The translations under genes were made by a program, and so were the position numbers. From Podarcis tiliguerta (lineage: Eukaryota), in assembly GCA_965153285.1 (NCBI GenBank), contig OZ229110.1: a stretch of DNA of 64,000 bases; one strand, written 5' to 3'. The notes beneath the pieces were generated by a model that was not told the origin of the DNA, did no database searches, and saw only the letters and a program-made list of their open reading frames with translations. Positions within the stretch are counted from its first letter, which is position 1. Every line of letters starts with the position of its first letter. Of the stretch, positions 48,856-61,795 are shown one piece after another.

Positions 48856-50140
48856 ATTTTCTTGAAGAGGAGGAAGAAGGAGCCGACAGTCCTGAGCCCA
48901 CCGACCCACTCCCTGAGGACAAGGACAAGAGCCCGGGTGTTCTGGATCCAAATGTGTTCACAGGGCTTCAGAGGAAAGAGAGGCCCCTTGTCACAAAGGA
49001 TTATGGGAATGATGTGGACTACTATGCCTTCAACCAGAAGCAAAAGAGGTTTAATGAAGAGGGGACCCTGACTGGGCAGCCTGTTTCCACAGGTACAAAC
49101 ACTGGACCGAGCCAGAGTCCTGTGACTCCGTCAAAGGCACCCCAGGCCTACGAGAAGGCAGCCCCTCTTGGGGAGCAGGTGGTTCTCTATGGCCGGTCCC
49201 TCAGCTGGGCGCAGAATGAGGAGGACGAAGAGGCCGGAAGGAAGGAGGGCGAGCTGAGGCTGCTGTTGCCACCTAAGCGAGGCAGCTCCCTCGGCCTCCA
49301 GCCTCGCCTCTCTGTGCCTTTCTTTGCTGGGAAGGCCAAACAGCAGAGCCCGAAGGAGGAGGGGCAGCCCAAGAAAGAGACCAAGAAGCCCCCAGACAAG
49401 GTGTACGTGACGCGGCTGCAGCCCAGCAAGAAGAAGGCCCCGTCCCAAAAGGAGGCTTTCCCCGGAGTCTTTCTCTACCCCAAACTGCCCAGGAAGGTGC
49501 ACTTGAACTCCAGGCTCCCTCAGCGGCGGCCTGCTCCCTCCAGCAAGCTGCACGCCATCCCTGGCCATAGGACCCCCTGGCTCACTGGCAATGCCTCCAA
49601 AGAAACAGACCCTTCTAAAAAGAAAAGCCAGCGGGCCAGCAGGAAATGGGAGCAGCTGTATGACCAAGAGGCCCCCAAGGCCCGAAGGAAGCAGAGGGTG
49701 CGGCCTAGTGCCTTGAGCCTGCCCGCAGAAGGGCTCTTCAGCCAAGAAACCTTTGAGGTCACCACTGCGGCGAGGACCACCCTGGATTACAATTCCTCTG
49801 AGGTGGTGCTGCCTGAAGGCGTGCGAGTGACGTCCTTCCTGCGGATGTCTGAGATGACAGAGTCCCAGCAGGAGGAGGGCCCAGAGAAGGCCCTGGGGGA
49901 GGAGGCTGAGGAAGAGCTGTCCGATTACAGCTACGAGAACTCTGAGCTGCAGCAGAGCTGGCTGGAGGACTCCATCAACTGGCAGAGGACATTCAGCGTC
50001 AGCCCCGTGGATTTTGAGCTGCTGCGCTCGGACTGGAACGACCTCCGGTGCAACGTCTCGGGAAACCTGCAGCTGAGCGAGAGCGAGGTGGTGGACGTGG
50101 TGGCTCAGTATATGGAGAAGCTCAACGAGAAGAATGGCGG
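48856..50140 (+). CDS. B4GALNT4: B4GALNT4 exon ~14, large stem exon (FLEEEEEGADS...WQRTFSVSPVDFELLRSDWNDLRCNVSGNLQL...EKNGG)
   Basis: tctag acceptor, GG|gtagga donor, 1285 nt open, phase 1/2; contains track ORF 48954-50144. Conserved islands: LSWA, KVYVTR, FPGVFL, VTSFL, WQRTFSV. Confidence 0.96.
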
Positions 50141-50946
50141 GTAGGAAGAGAGAAGTGGGGTGTGGGGGGGAACAGTGTCTATACAATAGGCAGGGGCTGA
50201 AATGAGGACCCCATGCCCAGCTCTTCCACTCAGGTGACATACAGACTGTAAAAGAGCTTACCTTTTGGGAAGATGTTACATTCACTTAGGACAGCTGGAA
50301 GCTCTCCTCTGATCAGTGGGCAAGGGGGTAAATCAGCAGATATAACTGAATTGAATCTGCCATGGTAACTGAGGCCTAACACTACCCCTGGGAAACGGAG
50401 GGGCAGATGAACTCTTGGGGTAATTGTGACAAAACAGATAACGTTTGCACAGAAGGACTCTGAGAAATCAGGCTTCTACTTAGTCTTTCTGCTTGCTGTA
50501 AAGCAGAAATCGGCCACTAGTTCGATCCAGCCAGAACTACTGCTTCTGAACTACCAACAGATTCTCCCACTTCTCACAAACCTATGCCCTTGTTCCTCCT
50601 ACCTCTGTTAAGTTGTGAGGCACACATACACCCTGCTGCTTGATTGAAGGCCTGCCCATTTATGGAAATGCCTAAAGAATCCCACTGTGAGAGAGCTGTG
50701 GAACTCCTGCTTTCATAGACCCTGTTTCTGCTGATTAGGCCTGTTTGGAGCAGGGCTAGCCTACACAATAAGATTATTGTCCCTGTATTCCCTATAGCTG
50801 CTAGGGGAGCATTCTGTGTGCATCGGGGTCTCTCCTAATCTGCCCCTACAGATCCTAAAACAAGGAGAGGCATTTCTGGAGTGGGGAAGGGCCCCAGTGA
50901 GAGCCACAGTCAAGACTAGACAGCTGGCGTGCGCATAACCTGACCA

Positions 50947-51147
50947 GGGCCATATCACCACACCGTACATTCAAACCACATGGCTTTTCCCAAAGAATCC
51001 TGGGAACTGTAGTTTGCTAAGGGTAGCTCTGTGAGGCCCAGAGTGGCTGGGGAAACCCAGGCAGATGGGTGGGGTATAAAGAATAAAATTATTGTTGTTG
51101 TATGGTGGATCCCATATACTTTAAATGTATGGTCTGAATGTGATCCT
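50947..51147. mobile_element. Palindromic MITE with an L2 3' tail (~51033-51100) inside it
   Basis: Ends ...CACACCGTACATTCAAA and TTTAAATGTATGGTCTGAATGTGATCC are inverted; the interior carries CCCAGAGTGGCTGGGGAAACCCAGGCAGATGGG of the 5434 L2 family. Confidence 0.65.
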
Positions 51148-51225
51148 GGTGCAAGGTAGCTTCTTACGATGAGGGTATTTGGTCTAGGCCGGGACTGCGT
51201 CAGCTTTCCATTCTCCCACTCACAG

Positions 51226-51539
51226 CATCTACACCCTCTTGAGGATCATCAATGTGGAGAAGAGGCGAGACACGGCCCGGGGCAACCGTTACCTGATGGA
51301 GCTGGAGCTGATGGAGAGAGGCCAGAGGACTGTGCGGCTCTCAGAGTACATCTATGTCCTGCTGCACCAGGGAAAATCAGAGGACAGCACTGAAGTGAAC
51401 CCCGAGGGGCCTGCGACAGTGTCCACTGAATCTCAGCCATCACCTAGTGCCTGGAGCCTGCTCTATGGGAAGCCCATCCTGTGCCGACCTTTGCGGCTTA
51501 GCTGGAGGCACAATGTTATGGTGCATTTTGTGGTGCCAG
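51226..51539 (+). CDS. B4GALNT4: B4GALNT4 exon ~15 (IYTLLRIINVEKRRDTARG...LCRPLRLSWRHNVMVHFVVP)
   Basis: cacag acceptor, G|gtaagg donor, 314 nt, phase 2/1. Confidence 0.96.
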
Positions 51540-52834
51540 GTAAGGGACTGTCCGCTGCATCCCATAAACGAATGGCTGTTTTTTTAGGGACTAGTGGAAT
51601 GAAGGGCGGCGCCGGGTATGTGTGCGGCAAAACAAGACTGACAACCACCGACAGTGGCTTTTTAAAAAAAGTGTGCTGAAAGTGGTTTGAGAGATGCCTT
51701 CTTTCCCCTGCTGTATACATATATTCCTTTTGTTTTACCGTCCCCCCTGCTCAGACATGTTTTGCAGTTTCTTTATAACAATGCAGCCGCCTGCAAAACT
51801 TGTTTTACCAGAGGGGAAATTGGGTTGAGTCTGCATATCGCAGGCAGGATCCTTCATTCATTCTGCCTTCATTTCTCAGGGCAGGGGGTAAGGGCATGAC
51901 TTTAGACCAAGAAAGGTTTGCTTGGGACCTTGGCCCAATTCATGGGTTACTCAAGGGACAGCGTTGCTGCCTCTCCACTGTTGTTCCCTGGGGCACTCGG
52001 GTGACAGATGAAATGAGAAGATGGTTTTTTTGTGTGTGTTTTTTTTTACAATATATCTGAGCTGCCATTCATCTTGTTGATTCTGTGTACCATACACATT
52101 TCGTACAAAATATAACAAAAACAACTTCCTTTATGACAGTGGACAAATGGACAGGCTATAAGACTATAGAAACTAAAAGCAGGGTGAGGCAATGTAACCC
52201 TTTAGAATCCCTTGATAAATAAAAACATCTTAACCTGACACCACAAAGACTGTATTATCAGCACCAGGTGTACCTCTTTGGGGAAATCACATGGGAAATA
52301 TCTTTATCCATACCCCAGTTGGGAAACTAGTTCAGGAACTGAACTTCCCATAAGATCCCTCCCTCCCACAAGATTTCCTTATTTTGTAAATTATAAGACT
52401 ACTACAGAATACAGATGTGAGGCAATCTGGCTTTCCCCCAACAAAAAGGCAGTGAGGAGGCCATGGTGTTTCACTTACTTATAGTCAGACAGCTCTGTGT
52501 ACCATGTCCCCCCCCCCAAAAAAAAACAACAACAACAAGCCAAGTCCTGTACCGCTGGGGGGAAAGATAAAACCTGTGGCAAATTAATTAAAATTTGTGT
52601 CTGTTTACACATACAAAAACCATATTCTGTGATGAGAATGTGGATGTGCCAAATATATGCCATGATCTGGAGTTAAGGGTGAGCAGCGAGGTGGCTAAGT
52701 TTGCGAGTAATACCCAATGTTTCAGGATGCTAAAGACAAAAAGGAATTGCAAAGAGCTCCTAGAGATGCTCTCCAAACTAGGGGGATGGGCATTAACCTG
52801 ACAAATTCTGTTCAGTGTAAGTGTTGGGAGGATA

Positions 52835-53080
52835 TCCTCATGCTGGAGGATAAAGCTGTCAAGGCTATCGTGATGGATGTATACTACATCCGAGTCCAGG
52901 ATCAGAGACAGCATGTCTCTGAGAACCATTTGCTGGGGAACAGCTGTGGGAGAATGCTAATGTACTCAGGTCTTGCTTGTGGACTTTGCAGAGGCATCTG
53001 GTTAGCCCCTGTGGGAAACAGCAGGTTGCTGGACTGGCTGGGCCTTTGGTCTGACCCAGCAGGGCTGCTCTTAACTATAT
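52835..53080 (+). mobile_element. CR1-type LINE 3' end
   Basis: GGAGGATAAAGCTGTCAAGGCTA...GCTGGACTGGCTGGGCCTTTGGTCTGACCCAGCAGGGCTGCTCTT. Confidence 0.65.
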
Positions 53081-53324
53081 ATTTGTATTCACTCACTGTG
53101 TAATTATTCCCTTCTTCTGCTCGCCGAATGCTGAATTGCCACAGGCTGAATGCCACTGAAGTCTTGGCTATGCTTGAAACACATGCTGAGAGTGTTATTC
53201 TCTTGCCACTGCTGATATGTGTCCACATAGATCATACGAGTCTTTTGTCATGGAGATGCTCCCCCATCAACATGGACTGAGCGTGCTTACAAATGCTAAC
53301 GGCCTGTTTTCATAACTTGCACAG

Positions 53325-53478
53325 TTAAAAACCAAGCACGCTGGGTACAGCAGTTCATCTCAGACATGTCTAACCTATACTTGAACACCAAGGATGCCAA
53401 CTTCAACGTTATCCTGGTAGACTTTGATAGTGACGACATGGATGTGGAGAAGGCCCTTCAGGAAGCTCACCTGCCCAG
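53325..53478 (+). CDS. B4GALNT4: B4GALNT4 exon ~16 ([15 protein letters not shown]...[21 protein letters not shown])
   Basis: gcacag acceptor, AG|gtaatg donor, 154 nt, phase 1/2. Confidence 0.96.
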
Positions 53479-54601
53479 GTAATGCAAGGATACAGTGGGT
53501 ACAGTTGGCCACTAGGTAGATAAATAAAGCCATTTAAATTATCTACAGCTTTATTTCCTCTCCAGACTTTTCAGTATTGTGCATGACTAGCCTGCTTTTT
53601 AGCTGTCTGTAAACATGAGGCTTGAAGAGCAAATGGCAATAGCAGAAATGCCCTAGATCATGTGTGTATGGAAAGGGGGCAACGATAGGACCATGCCTGC
53701 TGAAATCAGATGCCCTATTAAGCATGTTGTGTCTGTGTGCACACTGCCCTTGCTACATCCATTTCTCCATTCAGTCTGTGTTATGATGATGTCTTTGCTT
53801 TATGAGTCGTGACCAAATACCAACCTGATGACTTAATCTGCAAATAATATCCTTATGGCTTCAAGTTTCAATCAGTTTAATTGGTAGATTAAGACTGCAA
53901 CTCTTAGCATACTAGAGAGTGCACCCCACTGAAAAGAATGGCATTACTTCTGAATTGGCATACATAGCTTTGCACTGTAATGGACTTTAAACTTTGCATT
54001 TTAAACAAGATCCTTTGCATGTTTGCTTGTAAGTAATCCCTCTGAATTTCATGGTACTTTTTCCCAATTAGGTGTGCAACCATAGTTGCTTAATCAGTGA
54101 CAGACCACTTTAACTAGTGGGCCTCAAAGTTAAAGGACAGTTATTCATTTGCTGAGCCTCTTTTCATTCAAGCATGTTACTAATAAAGAACAAGAAAACA
54201 TTGATGTTCCCTTCTAAAAAGAAGGAATAATCTATTTTCCCCCATTAAATTGCAAAGTATTGCAACCCTTTCAACAGCTCTAAAATGTATCCATGTTGAG
54301 GCTAGGGTAGTAGGCAAATTTATTTAAATATACTTAATTCAGTTGAGTTAAAGGTATAACATTTAATCAACTAAAAATATGTAACTGTCTCTAGCCTGCC
54401 TTTATTGTAGTTTGGTGTTTTCCTTCAGTTGGTGGGACTCATATCTGTTTCCACCTTTCTGGTATTTGGAAGTCCCTGGTTACAAAAGATGCAAAAACAA
54501 CCCCACAACTTTGGGCTTACACACACAAAGAGAGAGACAGAGAGACACACACAGAGAGAGAATCTCTGCACCTATTTCACTGGTGTGCATCTTCTTCACA
54601 G

Positions 54602-54674
54602 ATACCAATACTTGAAGCGCACAGGAAACTTTGAGCGCTCAGCAGGACTGCAGGCCGGGGTGGACGCCATAGAG
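54602..54674 (+). CDS. B4GALNT4: B4GALNT4 exon ~17 (YQYLKRTGNFERSAGLQAGVDAIE)
   Basis: tcacag acceptor, GAG|gtgagg donor, 73 nt, phase 2/0. Confidence 0.97.
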
Positions 54675-54765
54675 GTGAGGACCGAGGGCAAAGGGGATAG
54701 CTGTTCCCAAGACTGCTTCGTACCTGATTGTCATGGCTTGTCTGTGCCACTCTTTGATCCCTCAG

Positions 54766-54919
54766 GATGGCAGCAGTATTGTGTTCCTGTGCGACCTGCA
54801 CATCCACTTCCCCCTCAACATTCTCGACAGCATCCGGAAGCACTGCGTGGAGGGAAAGCTGGCTTATGCGCCCATTGTCATGCGGCTGGGCTGCGGGAGC
54901 TCTCCGCGAGAGCCCAATG
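54766..54919 (+). CDS. B4GALNT4: B4GALNT4 exon ~18 ([51 protein letters not shown])
   Basis: ctcag acceptor after a 91-nt intron, G|gtaagt donor, 154 nt, phase 0/1. DLH replaces the DxD motif, as is typical of B4GALNT3/4. Confidence 0.97.
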
Positions 54920-55084
54920 GTAAGTGAAACACGTCTGGCTGCTGAGGAGGAGGCCGGACTGACTGACTGTCTGAATGAATGAGGCTGCTTACGTGAGAGG
55001 CAGCATGGCTACATTCCTCACAGCCAGCTTAGTGTTGGGCAGCAAAAGTTAGTTAAATAGCCAAACTGCTGGCACTATAATTGT

Positions 55085-55500
55085 GCCCTTGTTCCCATCT
55101 AGCCCTCTTACAGGATGCCTACAGACACAACACAGATCACTGAGATCACCTGGAGGAGTGCTGTTAATTGTCCCCCAATTGGCCTCAACTAGACGTTGGG
55201 CATTTAGTGTCACCCGTCCAATGCTGTGGAGCCCTCCTCCAGCACAGATCTGGCAAGCCACCTTCACTTTTAATTTTCTTGGAAGTCTCCTGAAGAATTT
55301 TTATGCCAACAGGCCTAAGCAGCTGCTTAAAACTTTCTTGTGTAGCCAGTTGTTTTAATGATTGTTCTGCACTGCTTTCGGTGTTTTGTTTTTTAAATAT
55401 TAGAACATGTTTTTATATTGCTGTGCACCACCCTGTGTGAGGGCGGGATGTACGTTTAAATAAATAGAATGTACGTTTAAATAAATAGAAATAAATAAAA
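55085..55500 (+). mobile_element. L2-clade LINE 3' portion, degenerate
   Basis: GGGCATTTAGTGTC...GCTGTGGAGCCCTCC...CAGCTGCTTAAAACTTTCTTG, a T-rich UTR, and an (AAAT)n tail with a 21-bp tandem duplication (55448-55489). Confidence 0.65.
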
Positions 55501-56199
55501 ACGTCTTATCTGAAACCCTCCTTAAAACTTCACTCTCATTGCTCTTAAGCAAGAGCAAAAATAACATGCAGGTTGACAGCTGCTCTGTAGGCTTCAGCTC
55601 AAACCTCTTGTGGCTCCATCAGGGAAGTTTTGTATCCCCTTTGCAACCCAGCAGAGAAAAGCCAGACCATTTGCCTAAGGGGTGCACCACAAGTTCAGAA
55701 AAGAACCCAGGAGTCTTGGGCTCTGACTCTACTGCTGGGAAACCTAACTTGGCTGCTCTTCTCTAAATGGTTTTGACAAGAAAAGCCCTGAATAGTCACG
55801 CTGCCAAGTGAGACTGTGGAGAGAGATTCAGCATGTGTGTGGATGTTTTAGCAGTAGAAAGCAGCAGGGAAGAGAGTGTGTGTGCGTGTGTGTGTGCGTT
55901 AGAGAGAAAGCATACACCAAAGTTATGATTTTTAATACCTGGTGTTATTAAATTATTTATTATTGTGTCAGCGGGTCCATATATTTTATCTGAAATCTTC
56001 AGGCTATCTGGACTTCGTGCAGTAGGCATTCCTTTTTTGCCAAATACTTGTCACTTGAAATCTGTTTCATATTGTTGAAAATCTGGGGCAGAAAACAGAT
56101 TGGGCAGCAGAGTGAATACGCTTGCCTTCTCCCAGGGCTCTGACTTTGTTAAGAACTGCTGCCAGTCAGCACGGACAAGGTTGTCTGGGTCAAGTGAAG

Positions 56200-56975
56200 C
56201 TGGGCAGGTACTGGAACAATGTGTGGAGGCACTAATGGGTTGGATGAGGGACAGTAAATGGAAGCTAAACCATGGTGAGATTGAGCTGCTATGGATTGGT
56301 GGTTCCTGGGACCAGGAAATAGGAATGCGTGTTCTGTACAAGGGTGCACTGCATCACAGGGACAGGTGCATACTCTGGGGGGGGGGGACTCCTGGATTTT
56401 ATTTTACCTGGACAGGAATAACCCAGCTGCAGTAATCCAGGTACTAGTAAGCTCCTGCAATCAGCTCTATGTGAAACTGCCCTTGAGGATGGTCTGGAAA
56501 CTGCATTTGGGGCAAAATAACAGCAGTCAGAGTGTTAATGGATATGTCTGCACAAGACCATATAACACTGGTTCTCAAGGACCTGCGCTGGCTGACTGCA
56601 TGTCCCTGGGCCCTATTTAAAGTTTTAGTTGTAAGTCCTAAATGGCTCAGGACCTGGAGATCTGAAGGAACGCTTGGGGCTGGCTGTGGAAGGTTCTTCT
56701 GCAGCCCCTCTTTAACTAGAATCAGGCGATCTGGGACTTGCCAGAGGACCTTCTTGGCAATTCACATACAAGTGGTGGAATCATCTCCCCACTGAGCATG
56801 TTGGGGTGGGGGCAACATGGCCCTGTTTATAACAATAGATAGATCAATGATTTTTTTCACTATATTTTCCTTTTTTGTTTTAATTGATGCTTGTATTTTA
56901 AATTGTTGTACCTTGCCCTGAAATCACTACTGAAGGGGGGGCACAATATAATTTCTATAAACAATGAATAAAGAA
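56200..56975 (+). mobile_element. L2-clade LINE ORF2 remnant
   Basis: Peptides LEQCVEALMGWMRDSKWKLNHGEIELLWIG and DHITLVLKDLRWLTACPWALFKVLVV resemble the L2 motifs WMxxNKLKLNPDKTE and HITPVLxxLHWLP. Confidence 0.8.
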
Positions 56976-57056
56976 GAATAGAAACAAGTTCTGGTTTTAC
57001 AGAAGTTCATCTAATTTAAGTTATCTCTATACCTGTTTTGAATCCACATGAGATAA

Positions 57057-57320
<264 letters not shown>

Positions 57321-59907
57321 TGAGATTTCTGGGATGGCCCAGAGCCCCCAAATCCCCCCAGTGCTGAGTAAAGACCTGGTGCAGGACAAGGCAGGTTTAC
57401 TGACTCTGGGTAGATAGATGGCAACATTTGGTGTAGAGATGAGGATCTTGAGGTCTACTGCACTTTGCAGAGGCATCTGTCACAAGTCAATGATGTCATA
57501 TGTGCAGGCCTCAACATATGTAGCATGGTTCAAGATCCCTGTTGCCATACCTGAGCAGGGTGGGCATAATCAGCACCACGCAGACAAATTTAGTGCCCTA
57601 AAATACTATTATGTTTATATTAAGGAAGAAGGTGATATTCTCTAGCATTCTAGCCTCTCCCCCCACTTTTGTTCTTTCCTCTCTCTCTTTTTTGAAGGAC
57701 AACAAAATTAACCCTTTCCTTCCCCAACAGCAATGTTCTAACCTTTTTTAATGAAATTCTTTGGAGGTTGTGTTTTCTGCTGCTGCACACACCTACCTAC
57801 ATTTTTAATTGAGAAGGGGCAAACTGCAGCACAGCCTCTCTCCCACCTCTCAACGCAAAGCTGTACCGCCCCTCCATCTATTGGATGTTGTTCAATTGAC
57901 TTTGAAAAGGGCCTGGGGCTTTCATGCCAAATCTGAAATGTGATTGGAGCCTCTGCTGTGACTTTGCAGAAATGCCCCGAGGCTGTTGGTCTACTTGAAG
58001 ATTTTTTCATTTCAAGATGTGCCACCAATTCCCAGTTCCTTGTTGTAGTGTTCAGAAGGCCGGGATGCTGCATTCACCCTTGATTTTAACCTCTGCTTAA
58101 CAAAGGGGAAGCCATTCACCCCAAGGTTTGCACAGGAAACCTGCAAGGTCTCCCTGTCCCTGACGTACACTGGGAGAAGTGAAACCCTTTCCCCTTAGTT
58201 GTTAGATGAGTGATATATATATATTCTTCAAAGAATAATGAAAGAGCCAAAACTGGGATTTCCTCATTTATTTCTTAATTTATAAGCTTCCTTTCAACCA
58301 ATCTGGTAGAGCTATCAAATTATCAAAATGTCTTTAGAAATTTAACCATGTAGAGTAAATTGATTTTAAAACTTGCATGCCAACATTGCAGGGTCACATA
58401 ACTCAACTGAAGGCCCTTCGATTGCTGCAGTCTTAGAACACCCTCCTAATTTTCCTTGGGGTGCTGCCAGCACACAGCAGAGGCAGGGGCCTTTGCCCCC
58501 ACCAGTGAATTTTGGCCCCTTCTGCTCTGCCACCGAGAGAGTCATAAAAGAAAAAGCATTGTTTATCTGTCCTGCAGAACTCGTTCCAGTGAACTGTATA
58601 CTTGTCCTGTGGTAGTCTCCCCCTGGCACTAGGGAGTGTCAGAAAAGCAAAAAGCAACACTTTCAAGGCTTGTTTGTATGACTATGTCCTTCATGAGTGC
58701 CTCAGCCTGGAAACATGGTGAGGGAGGTGCCACCATGCCATAGTTGCAGTTTTGGATTTGGCCATCCACAGTGATTCTTGATAGCCTTTGGATTAATATG
58801 GACCAGCACATTAACTTTCATGTCACTGTGAGATCTGTCATTGTGAGGGTACTTTTGAGATCTGGTGCAGACGGCACTACAAGTGGCTGGCTCCCCACAA
58901 ACTTACCACTCACATGAGTGGTCTGCTCATGTAATCATGATGCCAGAAGAGATCACTTTTTTTCTTCCGTGACCAGAAAAAACTGCAGGTTCCCAATTTT
59001 TGTATTCACAAAACAGCCATGATATTGTGTGTTTGCTCTTCTAACATTATGCTGCTTATGAATATGGACCATTTACTGAGCATTTATTTTCAAGGAGTAA
59101 CAGGCAGAAATACCAGTTCTATCCTCTCCTATGTCAGCATGTTTGACACCCGAAAAGGTCGCCATCTGGAAGCAGTCAGATCCTAGCAATGAAGGATGAA
59201 GAAGACAAGAGTTACTTGTCAATCTGAGGCCTTTATTTTTGCAGTCAGTGGCCAAAGCAATTTATATATACTCACAATAATAAACAGAATATAAATAAAA
59301 TATGCAACTAACAACAAATCCCTGCATGCATATCCTTAGGCACTAAGTGTTTGCCCACATCAAAAGATCTTACTTTACCCTTTGGAAGTTCAAGCTTTGG
59401 CAAAGCTTAAGAGAGAAATTTTAGAAATCTGGATTAGCTGATGAGAATCTCTCCCTAAATGCCATGCAGCCCAGCAGGTTTGTTCAGGTTTGCTGTATGG
59501 GTTTACTCAGGAGTAAGTCACAGGGAGATGAATAAGACTTCTTTGAGTAAGGGTGTTACAGCTTTGGTTTGCAAATGACACACTGAACATGCTCTCAAAT
59601 TTATATGCTAAAGAGGTGTGAAGGGGGTATAGTTTAGGAGGCAGTCTCTAAAAGCTGTTTCCACGCATGACATTTAAAAGTAGTTTGTTCTTCAGTTACC
59701 ACACAATGATAACTTTAAAATCTCCATTGGCAAAATGTACATTCCGTTTCTTTCCCACATTATACCCTGTGTTAGCAAGGGTGAGAGAGTCTCAGCATGT
59801 GTTTTAGTGGCATAGTTGAAAGTGGTTTAAGTCCTTAACAGATGTTTAGTTGGAGGACTAAATGACCTTTCTGTCTCTTGATTTCCTTCTGTTTGGCTTG
59901 CTCACAG

Positions 59908-60022
59908 GGTGCTTCAGAGTGGGCTGGAGGTGGAACGTTTGCGACTCAGGAACTTTTACCATTACTACCATTCCAAACGTGGCATGTGGAATTCACGCAG
60001 CAAGAAGACACCCAAAGACTAA
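59908..60022 (+). CDS. B4GALNT4: B4GALNT4 last coding exon ~20 ([37 protein letters not shown])
   Basis: cacag acceptor, phase 2, TAA at 60020-60022; matches the human C-terminus [27 protein letters not shown]. Confidence 0.97.
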
Positions 60023-61795
60023 ACACCAGCCCTGCCCTCAGCTGATCCCCACTCCTGGTCCTCTTCGGGAGGCAAAGAGGAAGCAGCAGCTGCCATCTTG
60101 GCTTTGCTACCTGTGACTCGGCACACCTTCCACACCGCTGCAGGTGCCCTTCTGGATGCAGCATCAGTCAGAGGCCCTGCGCAAGGGCTCTTGGGAGTCG
60201 AGGGTTTCTACTGAACTATTTAAAGCAAACCATGTTTACTTTGGGATTTTTTTGTGACTTTTCTTAAGGGATCTAATTTCTTAGTCAGAAATTGCATTTA
60301 TTAACTCAGTAGTACTGAAAGGTCGGGATTCCTGCTGAAAGGGAGAATGGGATGTGCCTTCCAGTATTACTACAGCCAGGAAGGAAGGTGCTGGGACCGC
60401 TACACAAAGCTCATGCAGCTGCCAGGGGAGGATCACTCTTGTTACTTGGCTCATAGTTTTGGCACCTGAAAGCAAAGGAAGAAACTTCAGTGTGACAAGT
60501 GCTGTTCACTCCTGAGGTGACTGGGCCTCAACACTATATCATGGTCAAAGTTGGGCCCTCAGGAGAGTTAAATGTCCTAAGAGGATTTTTGAGGGAAAGG
60601 CTCATGTCAGGTTTGGGGGGGGGGAGTGTTTCAGTCTTTCTAAGTGAATTTTGGGTTTCTGGCCCATCTGCATATTTTCTGGATCTGTCTTAGGTAGAGG
60701 CAGCCCCAAATCTAGCCCCCCTGTGATCTTCCTACACGTACCTGCTGCTTCCGTGACTGATGAAGATCATGCTAGGATGGAGATTGGGGGAAAGAGTTTC
60801 AAGAGAGAGAGGGCACGATCATGAGAGTGCCCTCCACTACTCTCAGAGCCACTTCAGATGCAATAATCTTGCTAAGGGGTCTGGGGGTATATAGGCACCT
60901 TGTGCTTCCTGTTCTTCCACATCTCAGTCTTATCAGAAAGAGAACTTGCACATCTCCCCTGCGCTGGAGGTGCAGAGACTCCCAATGTGAGGACACATTC
61001 CAGATAGGAACAGTACAGTTCTCTTTCACACTTCAATGAAAGGGCAAAGGAACAGAAAAGTATTGAGGCCCTTCCACTTTCTTTTCCCATCACAACACAT
61101 TCGCATCAGAATTGGCTTGCACTCTTCTCATTCTTCCCTTTCATCCTTCATCTGTTGTTTGAATGTACAAGGAAAGTATCGAGTAGCTCTCTGTGCCATC
61201 TGAAGTGGCCACAGAGAGAGTAGGTGGGTTTCTGTATAACCATCAGCATTGGAGCTGCCAGGAATTAAGGAGAAATGCTGGGAACCCATGAGTGCTGAGT
61301 TGCTCAGTGAGCCTAAGCTTCCAGTTACTGCCCACTCTTCTCCAGTCACCCAACCGAGCTGATGAAAGAAAGCTGGGTACCATCCTCATGCTATGAGATG
61401 TGAATACCCACCACTATAAAAACCCTCATTTTGGGGAGGGGATTGGATAGCTAGGAAAATCAGGATGGGCTGAAAGAGTGGACTGGAGGACCATGTTTTC
61501 CTCTAATCAACATTACTTCCAGAGGAACCCCCCTCCTTCTCCACACACAGTTGGAGAAGTAGGTGAGGTTTCACTATCCTCAGGTTCATCTTCACAGGCT
61601 GCTGTGGTTGGGGTAACAGAAAGGGACGGTGCAGGAATCAAAGGAGGGGAGGGCACAACAATATTTCCAAGCTAATTTCTGTGAAATTATGAGGTAGAAA
61701 GCTGTTTTCAGAAAGTTATGTCTGGTTTTGTTTTATTTTTTTATTTTTATTGATATTGTTATTAAAAATAAAGTAAATGTCTTGGTTCTGATTAT
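60023..61795 (+). other. B4GALNT4: Probable B4GALNT4 3' UTR (~1.8 kb)
   Basis: Sequence between the stop codon and the first strong poly(A) signal context; the end is inferred. Confidence 0.6.
61761..61772 (+). terminator. Polyadenylation signal (ATTAAA + AATAAA)
   Basis: ATTAAA 61761-61766 directly followed by AATAAA 61767-61772, with T-rich sequence upstream and GT-rich sequence downstream. Confidence 0.7.

Noticed and set aside
49131-50285. 384-aa minus-strand ORF
   Set aside because: It lies antisense to GC-rich exon ~14 and is Leu-rich with no recognisable domain; best explained as a shadow of sense-strand codon bias.
54429-54923. 164-aa ORF reading through the 91-nt intron
   Set aside because: Retaining 91 nt shifts exon ~18 out of its conserved frame, and both splice sites are canonical.
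57570-57590. REST/RE1-like motif TCAGCACCACG (also GTGGTGCTGAA at ~26763)
   Set aside because: Only the left half-site matches; the GGACAG half is absent at canonical spacing.
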